Positions 20,778 through 33,300 of a DNA stretch of 64,000 nucleotides are shown here, one piece after another. The notes beneath the pieces are model-generated. The model was not told the DNA's origin. It saw nothing but the letters and a program-made list of their open reading frames with translations, and did not search any database. The number at the start of each line of letters is the position of its first letter. The stretch's first letter is position 1. Made by a program: the position numbers and the translations under genes. Source of the DNA: Calditrichia bacterium (GTDB lineage Bacteria > Calditrichota > Calditrichia > JAJRVZ01); NCBI GenBank assembly GCA_963796965.1, contig CAWCNS010000005.1, positions 1,024,001-1,088,000 on the forward strand. Direction: 5' to 3'.

Positions 20778-20991
20778 CTTGCATGTACCTTTTTTCTACT
20801 AAGGTTAAGAAGTATAGTGTAATGGAGTAATGAGAAGCTGTACTGGCAGTATATGGAGACCGAGAGTTGGAGTGAGTGGCGAATCATATTTTGATATCTA
20901 TTGGTTTCATTACCATTACTCCATAACCCCAATACATCACTCCAGTACTCCAACACTCCATTCTCCATTACTCCAATTCATCGCTATTTGA

Positions 20992-21132
20992 CTACAACTC
21001 CACATCATTTGGTATCCAATAAAGCCTGAATGTCCAGGCTTTAGAAGCAATCAGGTTATCCTCTTCCCGTGGATCGTTCTCTATATTGTAAATCGAAGGC
21101 ATACTTGTCATCTCTGACGATGCCTGGCTCAT
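20992..21132 (-). pseudogene. Chimeric relic: sulfatase C-terminal fragment joined to a DUF1214 C-terminus
   Basis: Manual translation MSQASSEMTSMPSIYNIENDPREEDNLIASKAWTFRLYWIPNDVEL*. Confidence 0.6.
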
Positions 21133-21153
21133 TCCGCACTGCCTGGGTCATTT

Positions 21154-22624
21154 CTATTTTTGCGGCACGTATGGATCAGGCGTTCCCGGCTTGATGGGTG
21201 GTTCTTCGGCCAGCGACTTCTTATGCTCTACCAGAATCGGCCCAAGCCCCCAACGTAGCCACAATTTACCTCCCAGTGCTTTGGTTACGGGATATTCTTC
21301 TTTAGGGTCAAGATAGAGGTCGTAAAAGTGAGGCATCGGGAACACGTTCAGTTTCCCAGTACCCAGCTCTCCTTCAAACTCCATGAACATCATCTTATAG
21401 TTATGCCACTTTACGCCGTGAATATCGTTACCGACATAGACTACAAAGCCGTCTCGACCGGACTCCTCTTGTTTCCCCAGGAAGAAATCCGTCATGTCCT
21501 TACTGTCGATGATACGATCTGTCGGCACCTTACCACCGGCAATGTTTGCCAATGTAGCGAACAGATCAAACTGGTGAACGATCTCGTTGGAGACCTTGCC
21601 TGCCGGAACTTTACCAGGCCAGCGGACAATAAACGGCACCCGTAAGGACCCTTCCTTACCCGTGAAATAGGAACCACTCCATGGGCCGTTCCATCCCTGG
21701 TAATCGGGGGTCATCTCGCCGCCGTTATCCGAGGTGAAAATAAAGACGGTGTTATCGGCAATACCCAACTCATCCACCTTATCCAGTAATTCACCGGTAT
21801 AGGCATCGATCTGCATTAGCACATCGCCCCAGTGGCCATTGCCACTCTTGCCTTGAAACTCCTTACTCGGCAACACCGGCATATGCGTCTGGGTGTAGGG
21901 CAGATACAGGAAGAACGGTTTACCGGCTTTGGCCTGGCGTGTCATGAAGTCTTTGGCATGGTCGGTGACTTCACGGTCAATCTCTCGCCTTGCCGGCAGA
22001 TCGTAGACCTTCACCACCTTTGCCGGTGAGCCTTTTCTGGCCGAATAAATGTGCTCTTCCTTGATCATCGGATTTTTGCCGGTCTCCTCCGCCAGTTTCC
22101 GATACTTCTGGAAAATTTCCTGCGATGGCCAAAGGCTCTCGTCGGTCGAATTGGGGATGCCATACCACTCATCGAAACCCTGATCGGTGGGATAGCGTCC
22201 TTCCGCCTGCCCCAAATGCCACTTGCCGAACATGGCGGTGGCATAACCCACATCGCCCAGCATCTCCGGCATGGTGTATTCCCACTGGGTCAAACCATAA
22301 TCGGCGGTTTCGAGCGGCACAGAACCGTTCCCCGTGCGTATGGCATAGCGCCCTGTCAGTCAGCGCCGCGCGACTGGGCGTGCACTGCGCCTCGACATTG
22401 TAATTCAACAGCCGCATCCCTTCACTGGCCAGCTTGTCGATGCGCGGCGTGGCGCCACCCCGGAGAATACCCCCGCCGTAACAACCCAGCTCGCCGTAGC
22501 CGAAGTTGTCCATGTTGATCAGCACGATGTTGGGTTTATTGTTTTCTTGAGCTTGCATTGGAATAGCAATTCCGATAATAAACAAGCAGGTTATTGCTGT
22601 ACTTAGCAATTTTTTTATTTTCAT
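21154..22624 (-). CDS. Periplasmic arylsulfatase, Cys-type formylglycine enzyme (frameshift near 22350)
   Basis: KPNIVLINMDNFGY, CTPSR (CxPxR), GYATAMFGKWHLG, FTSDNG, EGSLRVP. Confidence 0.9.
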
Positions 22625-22663
22625 TTTTCTATTCCTTTTTTTGTTAAGATATTTTTTTGTAAA

Positions 22664-22686
22664 GGGCGGTATTTAAACAACCGCCC
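22664..22686 (-). terminator. GC-rich hairpin (terminator or mRNA-stabilising stem)
   Basis: gggcggt..accgccc followed by only TTT on the minus strand. Confidence 0.35.
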
Positions 22687-22700
22687 AATACTTTTCTTTA

Positions 22701-24340
22701 CTAATTCACTAATTCCACATCATTCGGAATCCAAGTTTTATTATGAAATGGCGCCGTTGGCCCATAATAGCGGATGTAAACAAAGAAGCCTTGATTTGGC
22801 AAGGTTTGAACCCAATTTTGTTCCGCAACACCGTCCGGTAGTTCATTTGAAAAATAGATATCTACTGAGCCATCGTCGTTTGCAACCGGTGCAGGCACTT
22901 TTTGGCTGCTCATACTTGGGTAAGGCTGCGTTGTTTTAATCATGCAACGTGAATACGGATCGTAAACGAGAACCGACCAGAACATGGCTGCGGGCACATT
23001 TGGTAACATTCTCATCTTATAGGTCTTGTTACCATCCAGGAATTCACCGTTCTTGTCCTTATAAGTTGTTTGATAACGCGACCCTAAACCATCGGGCATT
23101 CTTGCTGCCATTGCAGGGGTAATTCCATCAGCAGTAAAATGGAAAACGGTACGTGCTTCTACATCGATATAATCGCCTTCGTAGAAAGTTGAGTTGTTGG
23201 TAATGTATGGGCTCTCCCATTCTCTATCTTTGTAAACTTTACCATTTACATCGCGGTTATTAAACGCAATTACACGTGACATCGCTACTGCCTCCAATGC
23301 AGCCTGATTCATAATATTCACCATACGTGCATCGGGATTAAAGTCTTTACCTTTTACAATACCAAGAGAAGCCAATTTACCTAACAACTCTTTACCAAAA
23401 GCCTCAGCAGGTTCGTAGTTAATAATTTCGTGCATCCATGTAAATGCCATTGCATCTTCAGGAACCAATGAGTTCATATCTACACCCGAAACATTCTTGT
23501 ATTTGTTTTCTCTGGGGCCAGTTTCAAGAGGATAGACTTTGCAATTCTCACGAACAAATTTCATGGCTTTTTCACCTTCACCAACAATTGCCGTATTCGC
23601 TCTTAGGAATGAAAAGTTGTTGTAGGTTTTTGAATGCACAACAAAGTAGCCATCAGGAATATCGCCTTCATAACCAGGAGGGATTATTAAGTATTTTCCA
23701 CCTTTACCTTTATCCATCCCTGTTGGGCCTACATCCGCCACAAAAAGGAAATTATGATCATTCAGGGGACCCATGACACCTTTCGGCACTTCAAATACAG
23801 TAGGACCATCCTTTTTTAAATCTAAAATCACAAAGAGATAAATACTTTCGGTATTGCCTGTCAAATACATACCCTTAGAATCCAAACGATTGGCTGTTGC
23901 ATTAATGTCAGAACTGCTGGTAACGCCATAATCACGAACGTTTCCTTTTAACATACCGTGCATGGATAGCGCCGGGGTCATATCCAGATACAGTTGTGTG
24001 GCACGTTGCATATCCAATTCATCATACACTTTTTGAATGGTTGCTTCGGTAGGATATCCACCTGGAAATTCCAACTTCCCATAACGAGTGTTGATGTCAT
24101 CCGGTGCATGTTTGTAATTTACATTAGAAGCAGGTTCGCTTCCTGCCAGCGCATAAATGTCTTTGCTGGCATTTTGAGCTGTAGAGCTAATATCCATTGT
24201 TTTGGAAACATCAGGCAATTGATAAGTGGTTTGAGCCTCCTTTTCTGCACAACCAAATGGAACCATCATCATGAATGTGATGATCAATACGGCTAAAATG
24301 CCCGACTTAAGACATTTTTAAAAAATTAAAGTGGTTTCAT
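22701..24340 (-). CDS. DUF1254/DUF1214 lipoprotein
   Basis: Lipobox PFGC; LTGNTESIY, LDLKKDGPTVFEVP, FWSVLVYD, WIPNDVELV; ATG with RBS at 24340 offset by a homopolymer frameshift. Confidence 0.88.
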
Positions 24341-24472
24341 AAATCTTCCTCCCTTTATTTGGGTTAAAGGTTTGGTTTAAAGTATTAAAAACAAGAGTTC
24401 ACATCCAGTACTCCAATACTCCAACAGTTCAAAACCTGAACCCTGAACTCTAAACTCTGAACTTTTTTAGAA

Positions 24473-25409
24473 TCACATCCCCCCCCACCGGTATTGCCAG
24501 GCAACGACAAAGGTGTCGAAATCAGCGCCGGCGCGGGTGGTCACCCCGGAGGTATACACCGCTTTTAAGGCATGCGCAGCGGTGATCGGAATAGCTGAAT
24601 GTAGCACCCATCCGGTTGTTGGTCTGGGCATTATCGCTGGCAACACCGTTGAATTTGGTCTCTCCGCCATAACTCTGGCCGAAGGACACGGCCCCCCAGA
24701 AACCACGCCGAAACTGGTAAATAGCATGTATTTGCAGTGTAACCATGGGATCCTGTTCCAATGTGTTTCCGCCATAGAAATCATTGTTGGTAGAAAAAAA
24801 CCAGGCCGTGGCATAACCCTCAAATACAAAACGCCCAATCGTACGGGAAATGCCCAAGCGTGGGCTGATCTGCCAGCGGCCTGTACTGAGGTTGAAGAAT
24901 TTGCTCTTGTCATACTGGCCAATTGGTAGCCGAACTTTCAGACTGAATCCCACAATCGTGCTTGTCTTGTATCCGGCAAATTTTGCCAAATCCAATGCCG
25001 GTGAACCAATAAAATTGACACTGAGGGCAATCACGGGATCGCCAAAACCGGTGCGAACCGTACTTGTATCGACGCCATCCAGATTCGCCCGCCACGTACA
25101 AGTGGCCATGGGAAGCACAGCGGTAATCCGCCCGGCAAGCCCAAACACATCGATTGACCGGGCATAGGCAGGGGTTATGGCATGCATGGTTGCCTCAGTG
25201 CCCTCAATCGGCAGCGATTGATCCAGTACAACATTTCCCAGCGAATAAGCATAACTGAGAACGCCAAAGTTCATCCCCACCGGCGCCGGTGAAAGAAAAC
25301 GTGGTTCCAGATCCTGGGCATGCAGGGAATTGACAAACAATATGATAAAAAGCACCAACAGAGCGGTGAACCTTTTTAACGACATAATCGCAACCGAGTG
25401 TCTATTCAT
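24473..25409 (-). CDS. SphA/MetA-pathway-like outer-membrane transporter (frameshift near 24590)
   Basis: AQDLEPR, TGFGDP, PIGQYD..NLSTGRW; shifted frame ends FVVAWQYRW. Confidence 0.75.
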
Positions 25410-25456
25410 AATTTTGGGTTTTTAATTCGAAATGATAAGTAATTATAACTGGGTTA

Positions 25457-25539
25457 AAGATAGCAATTGAGGAGAGATGTAAATAGACCCGAAAGTTGTA
25501 AAGAAAGTTGTATAAAAGTTGTAGTTTGGTCGTTTAGGG
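25457..25539 (-). promoter_or_regulatory. Conserved operator/promoter motif, copy 3
   Basis: Plus aaatagacccgaaagttgtaaagaaagttgtataaaagttgtagtttggtcg; boxes spaced 12 and 11 bp; minus-strand TATCTT 22 nt from GGGTCT. Confidence 0.75.
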
Positions 25540-25639
25540 TTCAAAGTTCAGAGTTTCGAGAGAAACGATCATCCTAGAGATTGGAATCGGGATGAAATCA
25601 TCCAGATTTAAAGGTTCGGGAGTGAAGGTTTAAGTTGCG

Positions 25640-25805
25640 TGGAGTGATGGTTTAATAATTTGTAGTATTGGAGTGTTGGAGTAATGGAGTGATGTATTGG
25701 AGTAATGGAGTAATGGATAGAATGAAAATAACCTATAAGCCCGAACGTTTTCCCAACACTCCACTACTCCACTACTCCAACACCCCCATACTTAGTACTC
25801 CAACT
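25640..25805. repeat. Octamer inverted arrays downstream of the four-helix-bundle gene
   Basis: ggagtgttggagtaatggagtgat... / ...ccaacactccactactccactactccaacac. Confidence 0.75.
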
Positions 25806-25856
25806 TTAACATAGAGAGTAATAATAGACTTGTAAATAGATTTGCCTGCTATTGAT

Positions 25857-26292
25857 TTACTCATTTCCATATACGGCATTGCTTTCTTTTACAATCAGAT
25901 GGTCAATCCAATCACCTTTATCACGTTTTCGTTCCAAACTTTCTACTAGCTTTAGCAGGCCATTTTCAAGTTTGTAAGCAAGAGAATCCAATTTTTCAAA
26001 TTGTTCTGAAGATAATTGTCGTGCTTTTAAATAACTATGAAGCCCTGATACTGATTCTCCCAGTGAAGCAAGGGCAATATTCAAAAAATTTAAATATTCT
26101 TTAATTGAACGACGGCAATACCCTTCTGCAATATTACGATGTACAGAGTCAGAAGACTGCAATCTGCTGAGAAACTATACGCTTCAATTCATAGGGAAAA
26201 GGTAAGAAAGTTTTACATGTTGCATGATAATATTCGATTGCATCTTGCCATACAATGAGTTTCTGATATCCCCGATTGCGATTTTTCCTCAT
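25857..26292 (-). CDS. Four-helix-bundle protein (23S rRNA IVP/Avd-like, TIGR02436-type; frameshift near 26157)
   Basis: Manual translation MRKNRNRGYQKLIVWQDAIEYY...QQIA then SSDSVHRNIAEGYCRRSIKEYLNFLNIALASLGE. Confidence 0.85.
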
Positions 26293-26360
26293 CACCCCAC
26301 TACTCCATCATTCCATTACTCCATTACTCCATTACTCCAATACTCCAACTCTACCCCCTA

Positions 26361-29300
26361 CTACTCAATCAACCCCATCTCCCGTGCTACAGAGATCGCC
26401 TGCATCCGGCTGCTGACATTAAACTTTTGAAAAACATTGTACAGATGTCGTTTGATGGTTTCAGAAGATAAGAACAATTCAGCGGCAATTTCTTTATTAC
26501 GAAAGCCTTTAGCAAGAAGGGTGAGGACTTCCATTTCGCGGGTGGTAAGACGATCGTTTTCCCCGGTTGGTGCTACAGCTGATCTCAGGAGTGGTTCCGC
26601 ATCTGCAGAAACCTGAATCTCGTTCACTGATACGGTTTTTTGCTTCTCAATTGCGTTAATCAATATTTCGATGTAATCCCGGGTGATATCCTTCGCCTCC
26701 AACCGTTTCAGCATATCCGCCATTATCGATCCCAACTCAACAAACGGGCGTATCCATCCACCAGGTCTGGCCAGGTCCACAACTTCTCCCAGTACTTTTA
26801 GCGCCTCATCGCCACGTTCCAGCTTCTCCAATGCAGCCGACTTCAGAACCAGAATTTCTATCGTTTGATAGGTGTTATGTAAGTCATTAACCTGCTTTCC
26901 CAGGGAATCAAGAAGATCCAACGCTCTGGCCCCATCATCCTTTGTCCCGGCAACAATGAATATCCTGGCCTGAGTAATGGCTGGATTTTCCACCCAAAAA
27001 TTCATGCTGGGTACATGGACTTCTACATCAAATGAACGGGCCCATTCAATTGTCTTTTTTAGTTCACCCTGAAGAAGTAAAAGTCGGTATTTGCATGATT
27101 CAGCGACAGCAATGTGAGCAGATTCACCTATATTTTCGGTAAAATCTACAAGGCGCTCCATGATTTTCATCGCCTGATCGGTCTGTCCCAGAAGTTGGAA
27201 GGTCAGACTCAGACCGGCCATGATATCCACAGCAATTTTTGCATTGACGATGTCTTTTTTTTCAACCGCTAGAGAAAAACTTTTTAACGCCTGTTCCAGG
27301 TCAAGAGAATTTAACCTGACATTCGCCATTGCATAGTTAGAAAATGCCTCGACATAAGCAAGGTTCCCCGTTTACCCAGGATCGCCAATCTTCTGGCAGC
27401 GCTATAGGCCGGCTCAAGATTTCCGAGGTGCAGATGCAGGAAGACCAACCCGCTTAATAATCGGGAGTAAAAGATATCGCTGCTCGAATTCTCCGCACGA
27501 ATTTTCTTTTCAAGTGACCTTATTGCCAAATCTCCTTCACCGATCATCTGACGGGCCATAGCCAGAGACAATTCGATTTCCCCTCTTATCATTTGATAGG
27601 ATTCCGGAATTTGCTTTTTTGCCTCTTGAAGTTTTTTCAGCGCACCTTTCCCATCACCATTTAGGTAGATCGATATGTATCCGCGATAAAAATTTACCTC
27701 GCCTTTCAGAGCTGGTTCAACATTTTCTGTTAGTAACTTTGCTTCTATCTGCTCAAGAATTGGAATCATATCCAATAAACGAAATTGTTCAAAAAGTGAA
27801 AATCCCTGAGCTAACATAAGTGCAATTCGCTGCCGCTTTATCTCCTCCGGCAACATATTCAACCAATGTGTAATGACATACCACCTATCCTGGTTCAATT
27901 CAGTATGCCGATTCTGTTCAATTATTTCAGCGGCTTTAACAGAATTATCAGCAGCCAGCGCATGGCGGATTGCATTCTCGATAAATCCCTGCTGATCCAA
28001 CCACTCACTGGCCCGGGAATGCAATTCAGCAATCTCCTTGCTGCTTCGGTGATCTTTTAATCGCCTGAAGAGCAATTCCTGAAATAGATGATGATAACGA
28101 AACCACACATCCTGATCATCTAAAGGCATTATAAACAGGTTTAATTTTACTAACCATTTAATAAAGTCACTACCCGATATGTTCTCTTTCTGATCAGTTT
28201 TAGTGGGAATATTGATCGCGTCGACTAGTTCAGCCCGAAAACGGTTGAGGATTGAGGTGTTCAGTAGATAATCCTGGATATGTACCGGTTGTTTTAACAA
28301 AACTTCTTCGACTAAAAAATCTGACATCAATCGCGAATCGCCCTTTATCGTAGTTAAAAGCCGTTCCACATCATCAATACTGCTCGTCAAGAGGGCAGCC
28401 AGGCGTAATCCGGTAATCCATCCTTCGGTTTTGTCCAGCACCAATTCGGTGATCTGATCATCTAAGGATATACCATAAAGATTTTGGAAGAGTGTATTTA
28501 TTTCCTGCTGATTAAAACAAAGTTTATCGATACGAATTTCGTTGATCCGCCCGTGCGCCCGTAAATTACTTAAACGCAACGGCGGATCCCGCCGGGTGAT
28601 CAATACGAGATTCATGTTCTCAGGCGGAAAGCGTAGCACTTCATCCAGCAAATAATGGATCTGTTCCTGTTCGATCCGGTGGTAATCATCTAAAACCACA
28701 ATAAACTCCTGGTCAATGGCATCCAGCTCATTGATCAGGGTTTGTGATATAACCGATAAAGACGGTAACTCAGCTGACTGTAATATCGACCGGGTTTCTT
28801 TTAACCCAGCCGGAGCAACTTTTTCTACAGCGGCAATAAGGTATGCTAAAAATATTCGCAGATCATTATGCTCCTCGTCCAGGGATAGCCAGGTATGTTG
28901 GTGCGCTGTCTCCTCCAACCACTGGCTCACCGTGATGCTTTTTCCATAACCGGCTCCCGCCGAGACAAGGGTCAATGGTCTGGAATGGTTTTCCTCAAAC
29001 TGGCGGATAATATCCGTTCTGATTACCTGGTCTTCAGAGATGGGCGGACGATGTAATTTCGTACGTAAAATACTGGCATCTGCCTTATCCATCTCCCCGG
29101 CATCAGTACTATCCCGATCCAGGGCAATACTGGTTACGGCGGAACTGAGATACATTTCCCCTTTGGCAACTTTATTCAGGGCCTGCATCAGTTCTTCCGG
29201 GGCGCTGTCTTTTACCAAATAACCAACGGCTCCGGCATCGAGCATTTCCTTCACATAGCGTTTACCGGCGTGAATGGACATGGCAAGTATTTTAATATTT

Positions 29301-29518
29301 TTATGTTCGTCGAGAATTTTCCGGGTTGTTTCAATCCCATCCATTTGCGGCATACTAATATCCATGATGATAATATCCGGAACTTTTTCCTGAACTTTTT
29401 CGATTGCCTCGAGGCCATCATGCGCTTCGCCTACGATGGTAATGTCCGTTTCCTCTTCTAAAAGAGCCCGAATTCCGGCAATAAATAGGGGATGGTCATC
29501 AACGATGAGTACTTTCAT
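26361..29518 (-). CDS. Receiver domain-MalT-like STAND-TPR-LuxR regulator (frameshift near 27340)
   Basis: N-terminal NarL-type REC (MKVLIVDDH, PDIIIMDISMP, GYLVKD); TKLHRPP, SAGAGYGKS, VVLDDYH, WFRYHHLF; HTH LTTREMEVLTLLAKGFRNKEIA. Confidence 0.9.
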
Positions 29519-29667
29519 ATATTTCTCTTTATTTTTAAAATTTCTTTTTCTCCTGAGACGAGCGGACATCTCACATAAAAGAATTGATTGAATTCAATAA
29601 TTTAATTTAATTAAATCCATAATCCACAACATATATTTCTATTATTTCTATAGATGTGTAATTTTTC

Positions 29668-30261
29668 CCAGGGGCGTTGCCCCTGGCCATTGTATTACGC
29701 CCCTTCAGGGCTAAATCCTCCAGGATTTCAAAGGTTTAGAGTTAAGAGTTCAGTTTATGTACATGTCATCCCGAACCCTGGCCTGTTGTTAGGACAGGCT
29801 TGATTCGGGATCTATCTGGCGCCACGTTGAGTTCCTATATGTCGCTCCTCCGGAGCTTAAACAATTATATTGTGGCCATGTTGCTAAAATATATCGCCTC
29901 TCCGAGGCTTAATACCGCTATAAACTTATGTTGTAAGGGCGGTTCGCGAACCGCCACTACTCTCATTTTTTTAATGAACGGGTCGTATTACGACAATCCA
30001 ATAGCGCCGGAGGCGCGACATATTTATAGCAAACGGTCACACCGAGATTTATTCCAGCTCCAGAGGAGCGGTATATAAACGCTAAATATACATTTATTTA
30101 TCGCCCCTTAGGGCTTATTAAATTTTATGTGTGATCTTCCACCAGGGGCATTGCCCCTGGCTATTGCATTACCCCCTTTGGGCTATCCCCATTCCCATTC
30201 TCCCGTGAAACATCCCCCTAACCCCCTTCAAAGGGGGAATTAAATCGTGCCAAAAACTTCA
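29668..30261. repeat. Cluster of four REP-like families
   Basis: REP doublets 29668-29712 and 30101-30185; palindromic element 29836-30080 containing a GTAG-like REP at 29933-29960; ccccctaaccccc element 30210-30261. Confidence 0.8.
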
Positions 30262-30367
30262 CTCCCAAATTACAATCTGTCTCCATTATTCCAACTCAGA
30301 ATCCTTTACCCTCTTTATCCCCTTCGTGGCTCAATTCCTAATTCAATTCCTAATTACCAATCCCATT

Positions 30368-33300
30368 CTACGTTCTTCTCAAAGGAGCGGTAAACGTAAC
30401 TTCCGTTCCTTTGGATTTAGATGATTTGACGACCATATCCCCACCGAGATCGGTCATGCGTTCGCGAATGCTGAACAGACCCATGGTGTTTTTATTTTTA
30501 GGTATGCCTTTAGGGACGATAGTCAAATCCAACACCATTGTCCTGTACAGTTATATTCAGTAAATCATTTTCGACCTCAATTATTACATCAACCTGACTT
30601 GCCCTGGCATGTTTGATCACATTGGTTAATAATTCACGCACACTGCGGTAAAGCATAATACCTACATTTTCCTCCAGGTCAATTTGCTTCGCTGTTAAAG
30701 CTGAAGCGATGTTTTTATATCGAAGCGGTTTTGTATATTTTCCTCGAGCCATTCAGAAATGGCCGGTACCAACCCGAGTTCCTCCAGCATCGGTGAACTC
30801 AAATCAGCAATAATATGGCGTGTATCATCAACGGCCTGACGTAAATTTCCGGAAACATTTTGAAGTTTTTCAGATAAAGCCGGATCATCTGATTTATTGA
30901 TCATTGCTGCCAGTTGAAAACGGGAAGAAGCCAATAACTGGCCGATCTGGTCATGCAGATCGGTGGCAATACGACGTCGTTCTTTTTCCTCAGCCAGCGT
31001 CAATTGTGCTGCCAATGACTGTAAACGACCCTGGTATTTTTTCAATTCCCGCTCTGCCCGCTTGCGTTCCGTAATATCGCGGACAATGACCAGGTTGGCC
31101 GGTTTACCCTCATAAATAATGACCGCAGCACTAAACTCTACCTCTAACCGCAAACCATCTTTTGATTTTAAGGCAGATTCATAGACCGTTGGAGCAGGTT
31201 TACCAGCCATACGCAATTGATATATCTCTTTCACTTTGTCCATCTCATCAGGGAAGATATAATCTGTGAATGGTGTACCAACGATTTCCGATTGGGTATA
31301 GCCCTGAAATTTTGCCAGATAGGGATTTACAAAAAGGATCTTACCATCCCGTACAATCGTGATACCGTCCTGGGCCTGCTCCACCAGAACGCGATACTTT
31401 TGTTCGGCATATATTCGCTCGGTAATGTCTTCCTCCACCTCCACTACCTTCACCACGTCACCTTGAGTATTTTTCAATGGATATAACCGGGGAAGGATCC
31501 AGCGTTTGTTTCCGCCCTTCCTGGACATCCCGATATCCGAAATGGTACTGGCCGCATCATATTCAACAAGCGGAAGCGTGACAAAATCTCCCTTGAATGC
31601 CCGTCTAATCGCCTTACTGATACCCAGCCTTTTCGCCTCCTCATCTTCGAGGACATTATATTTTTCCAGAAGCTCGGGGAGCATATCCTCTGTAACACCC
31701 CAAAGTTTCATAAACGCCTCATTGACCTGATTGAGATAGCCATCGGTATTGAAAATTTGTATGGCAAAGGGAGACTGTTCCACAAGATATCTAAACTTCT
31801 CCTCACTTTCTATTACCGCTTCCTCTGCTAATTTGCGATCAGTGATGTCTTCGCTCATAAAAACAGCATTGATAATTTTACCGTCTTTATTTTTAACCGC
31901 ATAACCATGGGTTTGTATCCAGACTTTTCTTGAAACCGGATTTTTGAAATCAAGTGTTTTTAATGTATCGACACCATCATATATATAATCAGTGAATATA
32001 GCATCTTCTCCGGCAAACACCTTTTCAATATATGGCATGATGCCAAGATTCCTGGCCTGTTGGTCTTCCAGGACATTATACTTTTCATAAAGTTCTTCTA
32101 AAATCTGTTCATTAAGCGCATATAGTCTGGCATAGGCAGCATTTGATTGTAATAGTCGGCCGTCAGGGGTGTGGATCTGTATTGATATGGGGGATTGTTC
32201 CATTAAACTCCGGAATTTTTCTTCGCTTTCCCTGAGCGCTTCCTTCGATTCGGCCAATTCCAGTTCAGCCTGCCTGCGCTCAGTAATATCAATGCCGAAT
32301 GAGGTGATTCCGGTAATTTCACTTTCCTGTTTAATTTCGCTATTAGCCCAGGAGATATAACGTTCTTCACCGGATTTTGTCAGGATAGGATTCTCAAAAG
32401 TTTTGGGCAGACCACCTTTCATTATGCGATCAAACTCTTTGTGTACCTCCGGGTATCGATCAAGTGGAGCAATGAGTTCAAACCAATTTTTTCCTTGTGA
32501 TATCTGCGAGCGTGTATCCTGTGATTTTTTCTGCCGCAGGATTAAAATGCAGAACCTGACCCTCCATATCGAGGCCGACAATCATCACATTGGCCGTCTC
32601 GATAAGATGATCGGTATAGGCGCGCATCTGTTTCAGATTGTCTTCCGCCTGCTTACGCTTGGTAATATCTTCTGCTATACTTATTATATTTTTTATATTT
32701 CCTTCTTCATCTTTTACCGGATAAAGCTGCCCTTTTAGCCAAATTGATTTAGCCTTTTCATTAGAAAGCCCCATTGTTTCCATGGCACCGACACTTTCAT
32801 ATTCTACTTCGGGAAGCATAATAGTTTCCCCTTTAAAAGCTCTTTCTATAAGCGGAAGCATACCTAGCTTTGCAGCCCCTGCATCGTGCAGTAAGTTGTA
32901 ATTTTCCTTAACAGCAGGTAAATCTTCTTGAGTAAGATTCCAAAGACTCAACCAGGCCTTATTAACGTCTACTGTCCTGCCTTCCTTATCGCAAATGAGT
33001 AAGGGTAAAGGCGCTTGCTCCATGAGACTTCGGAACCTTTCTTCGCTTTCCTTGACTCTATTCTCAGCTTCTATTTTAGCTGTTATTTCTTCGATTACAG
33101 CTATAAAATAATCAGGTTCACCAGCTGATGTTCGCAGAAGTGATGCTGTTAGATTTATCCAGACAATACTCCCGTTTTTATGGAAGTATCTTTTTTCCAT
33201 CGAATAGGTTTCTAATTCACCGTCTAAGAGTTTATTCACTTTTTCAAGATCCAATTCTAAATCATCAGGGTGGGTAATGTCTTGAAATGTCACTTCAAGC

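Noticed and set aside
76..25409. Classical integron cassette array
   Set aside because: No tyrosine recombinase; spacers do not show a consistent RYYYAAC...GTTRRRY attC structure
25857..26292. Diversity-generating retroelement (Avd-like gene)
   Set aside because: No reverse transcriptase and no TR/VR pair differing at adenines was seen
1719..29518. STAND proteins as Avs/NLR-like antiphage defence or as true maltose regulators
   Set aside because: Both end in LuxR HTH domains with no nuclease/TIR/SIR2 effector; no mal genes are present, so malT was not assigned
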